Origin: an uncultured Gemmatimonadaceae bacterium
GTDB taxonomy: Bacteria; Gemmatimonadota; Gemmatimonadetes; Longimicrobiales; Gaopeijiaceae
Assembly: GCA_964420725.1 (NCBI GenBank)
Contig: CAYQVI010000035.1
Location: 1-21,821 of the forward strand
Length of the DNA: 21,821 bases
Direction of reading: 5' to 3'
A program made the translations under genes and the position numbers. Positions 7,495 through 15,599 of this stretch are shown here, piece by piece (positions within the stretch are counted from its first letter, which is position 1; each line of letters starts with the position of its first letter). The notes under the pieces were generated by a model that saw only the letters and a list, made by a program, of their open reading frames with translations, was not told the origin of the DNA and searched no databases.

Positions 7495-9963
7495 ATGTCG
7501 ACTCCAACCCACACACATCCCACCGCCTCGAGGGCGTCCTCTCCCTCCCGGAGAATCTTCGCATTTGCGGCCAGCGTCATGGTTGCCGGATGGGCCGTTC
7601 CCGTATCCGCCCAGGAGGGATACCGGACGCCTCCCTCCGAGATCGTGGAGATCCTGGATGCTCCCCGGACCCCGAATGTCAGCCTGAGCCCGGACCGGGA
7701 GTGGATGGTCCTGATCCACTCCCGGAACATGCCCACCCTGATGGATCTCTCGGAGCCCATGCTGGGGCTGGCAGGCCGCCGCATCAATCCCCGGGTCCAC
7801 GGCGCGTTCTCGCCGACGCTCATCGAGCGCTTCGTGGTCCGCGGGGTGGAGTCCGGAGAGGAGCGTGAGGTGGCCCTTCCCGCCGGCGGCGGATGGGGCA
7901 GCCCCTCCTTCGCCCCCGACGGCTCCCACTTCTTCTTCACCCGGACCACCGACGCGGGAATCGAGGGATGGATCGCGGATCCTGCCACCGGGGAGGCCCG
8001 GGTCCTGGTTCCGGCCAGGCTCAACGGCGCCCGGGGGAACCCCTGCTCCTGGATGACCGACTCGCAGCACCTGGTCTGCCATCGGGTTCCCGCCGACATC
8101 GGCGCAGTGCCGGTAGCGCCCAGGATTCCCGCGGGGCCCTCCATCCAGGAGACCTCTGGGGAGACCGGGATCATCCGGACCTTCCAGGACCTTCTCTCCA
8201 CCCCCCACGATGAGCGGCTCTACGAGCACTTCATGACCTCGCAGCCGGTGGTCGTGAACGTGGCCACCGGGGCAGTGCAGCCTCTTGGACCGGCCGCCAT
8301 CTACGCCACCGTGGAGCCCTCCCCTTCCGGGGAGTACTTCCTCACCACCCGGCGGGTGCAGCCCTGGTCGTACCTCCTCACCGAGGGCTCCTTCCCCCAG
8401 GAGTCCGAGATCCGGGACCGGAGCGGGAACGTGGTGCGGCAACTGGCCTCCCACCCGCTGGCGGACAACCTCCCCGCGGGGGGCGTGCTCCCGGGACCCC
8501 GCAGCTACGACTGGCTCACGGGTGAGCCTTCCACCCTCATGTGGGTGGAGGCGCTGGACGGGGGAGACCCCCGGACCACCGCCGAGCATCGTGACCGTGT
8601 GATGACCTTGAATGGTCCCTTCACCGGCGAGGGCTCGGAGCTGATCCGCACCGAGTTCCGGTTCGGTGGCCTCTCCGTCGGCGAAGGGGGATGGGCCCTC
8701 CTGGGAGAGGTGGATCGTCCCACCCGCACCGTGCGGACCTGGCGGATCGACCTGGACACCCCCGGTGGGGATCCGGAACTCCTCTGGGAGCGGAACTCCG
8801 AGGACCGCTACAGCGACCCGGGCACCCCGGTGATGACCCGGAATGAGAGCGGAGAGTTCGTCATCGCCCAGGATGGGGACTGGATGTTCATGTCTGGGCA
8901 GGGGGCCTCCCCCGAGGGAGATCGCCCCTTCCTGGCGCGGCAGCACATCCAGAGGGGAACCCGGGAGATCCTCTTCCAGTCACCGGCGGACGCCTTCGAG
9001 ACCATGGTGGCCATGCTGGACGACCGGGGACAGCGGATCCTCACCCGCCACGAGACGGTGGACACTCCGCCGAACTACTGGATCCGCGATCTCCGACGGA
9101 ATCGGCGGACGGCCGTGACCGACTTCCCGGATCCAGCCCCCCAGTTCGCCGGGATCAGGAAGGAGTTCGTCACCTACGAGCGGGAGGACGGGGTGCAGCT
9201 CTCCGCCACCCTCTACCTTCCGGCGGACTACCGTGAGGGTGAGCGCCGCCCCGCGGTGGTGTGGGCCTATCCCCGGGAGTTCTCGAACCCGGATGTGGCG
9301 GGGCAGATCAGTGGATCCCCCAACCGGTTCACCCGTCCCGGCGGCTCGTCCCACCTCTTCTACCTGACCCAGGGCTACGTGGTCTTCGACGACGCCACCA
9401 TTCCCATCGTGGGCGGGGACCAGGCCAACGACACCTATGTCGAACAGCTGGTGGCCTCGGCGAAGGCTGCGGTGGACAAGCTGGATGAACTGGGTGTGGC
9501 GGATCGCAACCGGATCGGCGTGGGAGGACACTCCTACGGCGCCTTCATGACCGCGAACCTGCTGGCCCATTCGGATCTCTTCCGGGCGGGGGTGGCCCGG
9601 AGCGGTGCGTACAACCGGACCCTCACCCCCTTCGGCTTCCAGAACGAGCGACGGACCTTCTGGGAGGCCGAGGACGTGTACGCCGCCATGTCCCCCTTCT
9701 ACCATGCGGACAAGGTGGACGAGCCGGTCCTCTTCATCCACGGTATGAACGACAACAACTCTGGCACGTTCCCCATCCAGTCCGAGCGGATGTACCATGC
9801 CGTGAAGGGGCTGGGGGGAACCGCCCGGCTGGTGATGCTCCCCTTCGAGAGCCACGGGTATGCCGCCAGGGAGTCCATCCTGCACGCGCTGACGGAGATG
9901 GTGGAGTGGATGGACCGTCACGTGAAGAACGCTGCGCCGCGGCCGGTCACCGAGGACCGGTGA
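7495..9963 (+). CDS. Secreted S9-family serine peptidase (prolyl oligopeptidase / dipeptidyl-aminopeptidase-like), 822 aa. N-terminal beta-propeller region plus C-terminal alpha/beta-hydrolase catalytic domain.
   Basis: SD GGAGAG lies 8 nt before ATG 7495. The N-terminus is signal-like (RRIFAFAASVMVAGWAVPVSAQE). The nucleophile elbow is GGHSYGAF (GxSxG). Downstream are catalytic D (HGMNDNN) and H (FESHGY) in the order typical of the S9 family. TGA at 9961-9963. Confidence 0.85.
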   Translation: MSTPTHTHPTASRASSPSRRIFAFAASVMVAGWAVPVSAQEGYRTPPSEIVEILDAPRTPNVSLSPDREWMVLIHSRNMPTLMDLSEPMLGLAGRRINPRVHGAFSPTLIERFVVRGVESGEEREVALPAGGGWGSPSFAPDGSHFFFTRTTDAGIEGWIADPATGEARVLVPARLNGARGNPCSWMTDSQHLVCHRVPADIGAVPVAPRIPAGPSIQETSGETGIIRTFQDLLSTPHDERLYEHFMTSQPVVVNVATGAVQPLGPAAIYATVEPSPSGEYFLTTRRVQPWSYLLTEGSFPQESEIRDRSGNVVRQLASHPLADNLPAGGVLPGPRSYDWLTGEPSTLMWVEALDGGDPRTTAEHRDRVMTLNGPFTGEGSELIRTEFRFGGLSVGEGGWALLGEVDRPTRTVRTWRIDLDTPGGDPELLWERNSEDRYSDPGTPVMTRNESGEFVIAQDGDWMFMSGQGASPEGDRPFLARQHIQRGTREILFQSPADAFETMVAMLDDRGQRILTRHETVDTPPNYWIRDLRRNRRTAVTDFPDPAPQFAGIRKEFVTYEREDGVQLSATLYLPADYREGERRPAVVWAYPREFSNPDVAGQISGSPNRFTRPGGSSHLFYLTQGYVVFDDATIPIVGGDQANDTYVEQLVASAKAAVDKLDELGVADRNRIGVGGHSYGAFMTANLLAHSDLFRAGVARSGAYNRTLTPFGFQNERRTFWEAEDVYAAMSPFYHADKVDEPVLFIHGMNDNNSGTFPIQSERMYHAVKGLGGTARLVMLPFESHGYAARESILHALTEMVEWMDRHVKNAAPRPVTEDR

Positions 9964-9969
9964 CCGGAA

Positions 9970-10010
9970 GGTCCACCGGCGCACTGGTGCGCCGGTGGGA
10001 CCTTCTGCGG
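9970..10010 (+). terminator. Intrinsic terminator for the S9 peptidase gene. The 14-bp GC stem has one bulge (GGTCCACCGGCGCA-ctgg-TGCGCCGGTG(G)GACC) and is followed by TTCTGCGG.
   Basis: Inverted repeat read at 9970-9983 and 9988-10002. It starts 7 nt after the stop codon. Confidence 0.55.
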
Positions 10011-10024
10011 AGAGATGGAGGGAA

Positions 10025-10055
10025 GGGGGTGGGGCCCGGACGGGGCCCCACCCCC
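10025..10055 (-). terminator. Perfect 13-bp GC hairpin (GGGGGTGGGGCCC-ggacg-GGGCCCCACCCCC) immediately downstream of the minus-strand HDAC-family gene stop. Putative terminator for that gene.
   Basis: Inverted repeat read at 10025-10037 and 10043-10055. The HDAC stop is at 10066-10068. The U-tract on the minus strand is weak (C/T-rich). Confidence 0.45.
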
Positions 10056-10065
10056 TTCTCCCATA

Positions 10066-10980
10066 TCACCCCCCTCGCACCCCCCCTGTCCGGGACAGGG
10101 AGATGGCCCGGGCCACCGTGGAGAAGTGGATGTCCACCGTGTCGTCCACGGAGCGACCGTATCCCCCCGCCATCACCACCACCACCGGGACGCCGGCCCG
10201 GGAACAGCGGTCCAGCACGGCTGCATCCCGACGGGCCAGGCCGTCCTTCGTCACCGAGAGCCGCCCCAGGCGGTCCCCCTCGAATGGATCCGCCCCGGCC
10301 AGGTAGTAGACCAGCTCCGGTCGGAAGGCCATGGCCACATCCACCACCTGATCCACGGCCTGCAGATACCCTCTGTCACCGGTTCCGTCCGGGAGCTCCA
10401 CGTCCAGGTCGCCGGGCTCCTTCCGGAATGGGTAGTTCCGCTCTCCGTGGACGGACGCGGTGAAGACGGAGGGGTCGTCCCGGAAGATGGCCGCCGTGCC
10501 ATTTCCCTGGTGTACGTCCAGGTCCACCACGGCGGCCCGCACCGCCCGCCCCTCCGCCTGCATGGCCCGGATGGACACCGCCACGTCATTGAAGACGCAG
10601 AACCCCTCTCCCCGGTCGGAGAAGGCGTGGTGCGTCCCGCCGGCCAGATTCACCCCCACCCCGGTCTCCAGGGCCCATCTCCCCGCCTGCACCGTTCCCC
10701 CCACCGATCGCCGGGATCGCTCCACCAGTTCCGGGGACCAGGGAAAGCCGATGCGCCGCACCTCACCGGCCTCCAGGGTGCCCCGGACGACCCGGTTGAC
10801 GTAGGCCGCGTCATGCACCCCCTCCAGCTCATGATCCGTGGCGGCATCCGGGACCCTGAGACCCCCCTCCGGCCCCAGCCCCGCGGCATCCACCCTCTCC
10901 CTCAGCAGGGCATACTTCTCCATGGGGAACCGGTGCCCCGGAGGGAGGGGAAGCACGAACTCGTCGCAGTAGAAGATCAA
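10066..10980 (-). CDS. Histone-deacetylase-superfamily protein (HDAC-like/AcuC/acetylpolyamine-amidohydrolase-like deacetylase), ~304 aa. The start is uncertain (TTG 10980 proposed; GTG options up to ~11040).
   Basis: It is the C-terminal part of a 906-aa GC-artefact ORF. The real domain begins near ...IFYCDEFVLPLPPGHRFPMEKY... HDAC hallmarks are present: GGTHHAFSDRGEGFCVFNDVAV (HH active site), DLDVHQGNGT (Zn ligands D/H), GGYG. The gene is divergent from the TonB receptor gene. Confidence 0.75.
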   Translation of the reverse strand: MIFYCDEFVLPLPPGHRFPMEKYALLRERVDAAGLGPEGGLRVPDAATDHELEGVHDAAYVNRVVRGTLEAGEVRRIGFPWSPELVERSRRSVGGTVQAGRWALETGVGVNLAGGTHHAFSDRGEGFCVFNDVAVSIRAMQAEGRAVRAAVVDLDVHQGNGTAAIFRDDPSVFTASVHGERNYPFRKEPGDLDVELPDGTGDRGYLQAVDQVVDVAMAFRPELVYYLAGADPFEGDRLGRLSVTKDGLARRDAAVLDRCSRAGVPVVVVMAGGYGRSVDDTVDIHFSTVARAISLSRTGGVRGG

Positions 10981-11088
10981 GGCATCGTGATGGTGGGGGG
11001 TGGCCGCATGGGGCACCACCGTAACGAGGTGGAGCCGTTTCGTCAGGAGGGGGATCCCCCAGGGGGGCCCGGGGGTTTCAAGCCGCCT

Positions 11089-13467
11089 ATGTCTACCCCT
11101 CATCGTTCCAGCCTCATCGGGTTCCTCCCTCTGCTGGCCACCCTCCTCCTCATGCCGGCCCACGGCGCGGGCCAGGCCCAGGCGCAGTTGGAAGGGGTGG
11201 TGAGGGAACGGGGAGGACAGGTGCTCGTCTCCGCCTCCGTGGCCCTCTACAGGGAAGGCACGGACATCCCCTTCCGGGGAACCCTCACCGACGACCGGGG
11301 AGCGTATACCCTCTCCTCCCTCCCGTTGGGGCCGTACGAGATCCGGGTCACCCGGATCGGGTACCTCACCAGCTCCCGGACCCTGGACCTGACCTCGGGA
11401 ACCCGGCGTCTGGACGTCCTCCTGGACCCCTCGGCGGTGGAGGTCCAGGGGGTCTCTGTGGAGGGGGAACGAAGCCGGGAGCGCCAGCGCTTCCAGGAGA
11501 GCGCCGGGGTCACCATCCGGGAGCTGTCCGGGACCCAGTTGCGGCGCATCCCCGGGGTGGCGGAGATGGACCCCCTCCGGGCCATGGCGGTGCTCCCCGG
11601 GGTGGTGTCCACCTCCGACTTCGCCTCCTCCTTCAACGTACGGGGTGGCTCGGCGGACCAGAACCTGATCCTCCTGGACGGGATCCCCATCTACAATCCC
11701 TTCCACCTGGGCGGGTTCTTCTCCGTGTTCAACGGGGACATGGTGGAGCGGGCCGAACTCCAGACCGGGGGGTTCCCCGCCAACCAGGGGGGACGGGTCT
11801 CCTCGGTGCTGTCTGTGGAGACCGACGCGGGAACCGGCGAGTTCAAGGTGGACGCCGGGGTTTCCCTCCTGGCCACCCGCATTGCCGTGGGCGGCGGCGC
11901 CCCCCAGGGGTTGGAGGATGCCCTGGGACTGGAGTCGGTGCGCTGGAGGGGCTCCGCCCGGAGGTCCTACCTGGACGTGGTCCTGGCACCGGTCTTCGAT
12001 CTCCCCTACGCCCTCTCGGACTACCAGGGGATTGTGGATATGTGGCTCGGGGGCGGGAGCCGCATCCAGTTGACAGGATACACCGGTTCCGACGTCCTGA
12101 ACCTGACGAACTTCGATCCGGAGGACTTTCCTCTCCGGATCCGCTGGGACTGGGGGAATGACCTTGCGGGGATCCGCTTCACCCGGGCCCGGGCAGGGGG
12201 GGGAAGCCTGGACCTCCGCGCCGGATACACACGGTTCGACACCGGGCTCCGCTTCCCGGACTTCGACGACACCAACTTCCGCAGCCGGATCGACCAGCTC
12301 ACCCTCCGGGCCGACCTGGACACCCGCCCCTGGTCGGGTTGGACCGTGGCGCTGGGAGCGGCTGCGGACGAGCTCTCCTACGACAACCTGCTGGCCAGTG
12401 GGGGCACGGAGTTCGGCGGCGGGGTCGGCAGCGGCTGGCTCTGGGGCGGGTATATCCAGAGCTCCTGGAGGCCCGGACCCTGGCTGCTGGAGGTGGGGGG
12501 ACGGTTGGACGGGTGGGCTCCCCGGGGAGAGGACCCGGTCCTGGTCCCGGCACCCCGCGTGGCGGTGAAGCGCTTCTTCGGGAGCGAGGGGGACTGGGCG
12601 GCCAAGCTCGCCCTCGGTCGCTACTCCCAGTTCCTCCACTCCATCCGGGACGAGGAGCTTCCCCTGGGTCTGGATATCTGGGTCCTGGCGGGGGAACGGG
12701 TCCCCCACGCGGTATCCGACCAGGTGCAGGGGGGGGTCGAAGGGTTCTTCGCAGACGGCTGGTCGGTGACGCTGGAGGGGTATCACCGGAGCTTCGACGG
12801 GGTGGTGGCCACGAACCCCGCCGACGATCCCAATGATCCGCTGGATGACCTCCTCCGGGGCACCGGGCGATCCTACGGCGCCGACATCCTCCTCCGGAAG
12901 AACGGGGAGGGAGTGACCGGGTGGCTGAGCCTCTCCTGGCTGAAGGCCACCCGCACCTTCCAGGATCCCTTTGCCGGGGTGGTCCCGCCTCCGATCCTCA
13001 CCTACTCCCCCATCTTCGACCGTCGGATCGACCTGGACCTGGTGCTACAGGTGCCGCTCCCCTGGGGTGTGGAGGGCGGGGCCCGCTTCACCTATGGGAC
13101 GGGGCTGCCCCACACGCGGCCCCGCAGTGCCTTCAACCTGTACGGGCCCCGCTTCTCCTCCCAGGGAAGGCTCACCTGGCAGGGGGAGGTACAGTCCTCC
13201 CAGGAGGACGGGGACGTTCCCCTGGGGATCGTGCTGGGCCCCCGGAATGGCGAGCGGTATCCGGACTACCACCGTCTGGATGTGAGCTTCCGCAAGGACT
13301 TCAATCCGTCCTGGGGCCGCTTCACCCCCTACCTGGACATCGTGAACGTCTACAACCAGCGCAACGTGCTCTTCTACTTCTACCAGTACGAGAAGGCCCC
13401 CTACACCCGGTCGGGGATCTCCATGTTTCCCGTCCTCCCCACGTTTGGCTTCGAGGTTTCGTTCTGA
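11089..13467 (+). CDS. TonB-dependent outer-membrane receptor (792 aa) with an N-terminal carboxypeptidase-regulatory-like domain, a plug domain and a C-terminal beta-barrel ending in Phe.
   Basis: ATG at 11089 precedes the signal peptide MSTPHRSSLIGFLPLLATLLLMPAHGAGQA. A CarbopepD_reg-like segment follows (VVRERGGQVLVSASVALYREG...YEIRVTRIGY). Plug motifs are NVRGGSADQNLILLDGIPIYNPFHLGGFFSVFN. The terminal residues are ...TFGFEVSF. No SD is visible, which is common for this receptor class. Confidence 0.85.
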   Translation: MSTPHRSSLIGFLPLLATLLLMPAHGAGQAQAQLEGVVRERGGQVLVSASVALYREGTDIPFRGTLTDDRGAYTLSSLPLGPYEIRVTRIGYLTSSRTLDLTSGTRRLDVLLDPSAVEVQGVSVEGERSRERQRFQESAGVTIRELSGTQLRRIPGVAEMDPLRAMAVLPGVVSTSDFASSFNVRGGSADQNLILLDGIPIYNPFHLGGFFSVFNGDMVERAELQTGGFPANQGGRVSSVLSVETDAGTGEFKVDAGVSLLATRIAVGGGAPQGLEDALGLESVRWRGSARRSYLDVVLAPVFDLPYALSDYQGIVDMWLGGGSRIQLTGYTGSDVLNLTNFDPEDFPLRIRWDWGNDLAGIRFTRARAGGGSLDLRAGYTRFDTGLRFPDFDDTNFRSRIDQLTLRADLDTRPWSGWTVALGAAADELSYDNLLASGGTEFGGGVGSGWLWGGYIQSSWRPGPWLLEVGGRLDGWAPRGEDPVLVPAPRVAVKRFFGSEGDWAAKLALGRYSQFLHSIRDEELPLGLDIWVLAGERVPHAVSDQVQGGVEGFFADGWSVTLEGYHRSFDGVVATNPADDPNDPLDDLLRGTGRSYGADILLRKNGEGVTGWLSLSWLKATRTFQDPFAGVVPPPILTYSPIFDRRIDLDLVLQVPLPWGVEGGARFTYGTGLPHTRPRSAFNLYGPRFSSQGRLTWQGEVQSSQEDGDVPLGIVLGPRNGERYPDYHRLDVSFRKDFNPSWGRFTPYLDIVNVYNQRNVLFYFYQYEKAPYTRSGISMFPVLPTFGFEVSF

Positions 13468-14459
13468 GCCGGTGGCGTTGGTCGGGAGCCGGCGCGGTCC
13501 GCAACTCCTCCCGGTGGGTTGCGCTCCCCGGGCTCGTGTTGATCCTGCTTTCCGGCTGCGAGTTGCAGGAGATCGTGGTTTCCACACCGGAGGACCTGGT
13601 GGTGGCGGAGATCTACCTGCAGGCCGGGAGCTTCGGCTCCCGGGGTCTCGCCTACCTGCACCGGACCAGCAACTCCGGGATGTCCCAGGTCCCGGATGCC
13701 ACCGTGACCCTCATCGGTCCCGGTGGAAACCGCTACCCCTTCACCCCCTTCCAGCTGGAGGGATGCTTCCTGGGCAGGATCCCCTCCCGGCTGGAGGGGA
13801 GTTGCTATCTCCTGGACCCCCAGGGGCGCAGCGCCGTTCGCCCCGGGGTCACCTTCGACGTGGAGGTGGACCTGGCCGACGGGGGCCGCCTGACGGGCCG
13901 CACCACCGTCCCCTCCAACTTCCGGGTGACCCGCCCCCGCTCGGACGAGGGTCCGGTCTGCATCCTCCCCCCCGATACCCGGTTGGAGGTGCAGTGGACA
14001 CCCTCCGATGGGGCGTGGGCCTACATCGCGGAAACCGAGATCTTCGGCCTCCCCGGACTGCTGGCTCCCGTGGGGATCGACGTTGTGGAAGACCCCCTGG
14101 TGCTGCTGGGGCTCTCCATCTCCCGGGAGGACACCACCATCGTCTTTCCCGGGGAATTCGGGGTGTTCGATCGGGGGGACCTGGACCGGGACCTTCTCGC
14201 CCTCCTGCAGCGGGGGCTTCCCGCCGGGGCCTCTGCCTCCGTCGTCGTCGCCGCAGGGGACCGGAACTATGTGAACTGGGTCCGGGGGGGAGGCTTCAAC
14301 CCGTCCGGGCAGGTGCGGCTCCCCAGCCTGTCCGGCACCGGGGGGACCGGTGTCTTCGGCTCCCAGATGACCCGGCGCTTCCTACTGGAGGTGGTGGACG
14401 ACCCCCCGCAGGGGGCCCCCCTCTGCTCCGGGACCCTCCCGGACCCGGCGGTTCCATGA
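13464..14459 (+). CDS. TonB-receptor-associated lipoprotein, DUF4249-like (~331 aa if started at CTG 13464). The start codon is uncertain.
   Basis: The frame-0 ORF has very high GC3 from 13464 to TGA 14457-14459. The lipoprotein signal ...RWVALPGLVLILLSGC|E is recognisable. The only canonical in-frame starts (GTG 13536 / TTG 13539) would leave a 7-residue signal. CTG at 13464 overlaps the TonB stop (CTGA) and is preceded by GAGGT at a 7-nt spacing. Position and size match DUF4249 partners of CarbopepD_reg TonB receptors. Confidence 0.5.
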   Translation: MSRWRWSGAGAVRNSSRWVALPGLVLILLSGCELQEIVVSTPEDLVVAEIYLQAGSFGSRGLAYLHRTSNSGMSQVPDATVTLIGPGGNRYPFTPFQLEGCFLGRIPSRLEGSCYLLDPQGRSAVRPGVTFDVEVDLADGGRLTGRTTVPSNFRVTRPRSDEGPVCILPPDTRLEVQWTPSDGAWAYIAETEIFGLPGLLAPVGIDVVEDPLVLLGLSISREDTTIVFPGEFGVFDRGDLDRDLLALLQRGLPAGASASVVVAAGDRNYVNWVRGGGFNPSGQVRLPSLSGTGGTGVFGSQMTRRFLLEVVDDPPQGAPLCSGTLPDPAVP

Positions 14460-15550
14460 CCGTCCGGGCGGTGATCATGCCGGGGCCCGGGCTCCCGCTG
14501 GAGGTGCACAACCTCCCCGATCCCGTCCTGGCTTCTGGCGAGGTTCTCCTGGAGACCATCGCCAGCGAGGTCTGTGGCACCGACGTCCACCTCCACCACG
14601 GGCGCCTGGCCGGTGTCCCCTATCCCATCATCCCCGGGCACGTGAGTGTGGGGCGGGTGGCGGAATCCAGGGGCGTGCACCGGGACGCCCTGGGGGAACC
14701 GCTGGCCCCAGGGGATGTGGTCACCTTCCTGGACGTCCATGGGGTGTGTGGCGCCTGCTACCACTGCCTCATCGCCGGACAGCCCAACCGGTGCCCGTCC
14801 CGCCGGGTCTACGGCATCACCTTCCCCGTCGAAGAGGGGCTGCTGGGGGGGTGGGCTGAAGCCATCCATCTGAAGGCCGGCGTGCGGATCCTGAAGCTCC
14901 CCGAGGGACTGCTTCCCGATACGGTGATCGGCGGGGGGTGCGGGCTCTTCACCGGCTTTGCTGCGGTGGAGCGGAGCACCCTGGCCATGGGGGACACGGT
15001 GCTGGTGCAGGGAGCGGGACCGGTGGGGCTCTCCGCCGCGGCCTTCGCCCATCTCCGTGGCGCCGGACTGGTCATCGTGGTTGGAGCGCCCCCGACCCGG
15101 CTGGAGCTGGCCCATGCTCTGGGCGCCGATGTCACCCTGGACCTGGCCGCCGTGGGCCCGGAGGACCGCAGGGAGCGGGTGATGTCCCTCACCGGCGGGC
15201 GGGGGGTGGACGTGGTCCTGGAGTGCAGCGGAAACCCGACGGCCCTCCCCGAGGGGCTGGACCTCCTCCGGGACGGGGGGACCCTTGTGGTGGCGGGCCA
15301 TTACACCGACGCGGGTCCCATTCCCCTGAACCCCCACCTCCACTTCAACCGGAAGCATGTGGATCTCCGGGGGCAGTGGGGAACGGACCTCCGTCACCTG
15401 GTAGGGGCGCTGAAGCTCCTGGACCGGCACCGGGACCGGCTCCCCTTCCAGCGGGTCATCGGGAAGCGCTACCCCCTGGAGGAGGCGGGGGAGGCGCTGA
15501 GGGAGGTGGAGGCACTCCGGGTGACCAAGGCCGTGATCGCCCCGGTCTGA
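14456..15550 (+). CDS. Zinc-dependent alcohol dehydrogenase (medium-chain dehydrogenase/reductase family), 364 aa.
   Basis: ATG at 14456 overlaps the upstream stop (ATGA). It has the catalytic Zn motif EVCGTDVHLHHG with downstream GHV. The structural Zn cluster is CGACYHC...C. The Rossmann motif is VQGAGPVGL. TGA at 15548-15550. Confidence 0.85.
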   Translation: MTVRAVIMPGPGLPLEVHNLPDPVLASGEVLLETIASEVCGTDVHLHHGRLAGVPYPIIPGHVSVGRVAESRGVHRDALGEPLAPGDVVTFLDVHGVCGACYHCLIAGQPNRCPSRRVYGITFPVEEGLLGGWAEAIHLKAGVRILKLPEGLLPDTVIGGGCGLFTGFAAVERSTLAMGDTVLVQGAGPVGLSAAAFAHLRGAGLVIVVGAPPTRLELAHALGADVTLDLAAVGPEDRRERVMSLTGGRGVDVVLECSGNPTALPEGLDLLRDGGTLVVAGHYTDAGPIPLNPHLHFNRKHVDLRGQWGTDLRHLVGALKLLDRHRDRLPFQRVIGKRYPLEEAGEALREVEALRVTKAVIAPV

Positions 15551-15599
15551 GCCCCGCCCCCTTTCGGCTCCGTCTCCGGGAGAGACCTCCCCCCTGCCC

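Noticed and set aside
10015-13467. 1150-aa plus ORF and 906-aa minus ORF (10066..12786) spanning the HDAC and TonB region.
   Set aside because: Only the 11089-13467 part of the plus frame (TonB receptor) and the 10066-~10980 part of the minus frame (HDAC) show real protein features. The extensions are low-complexity read-through of antisense or intergenic sequence.
15551-15599. Possible terminator between convergent ADH and histidine-kinase genes (GTCTC-cggga-GAGAC).
   Set aside because: The stem is only 5 bp with two GC pairs and no U-tract. It is far weaker than the other terminator hairpins in this window.
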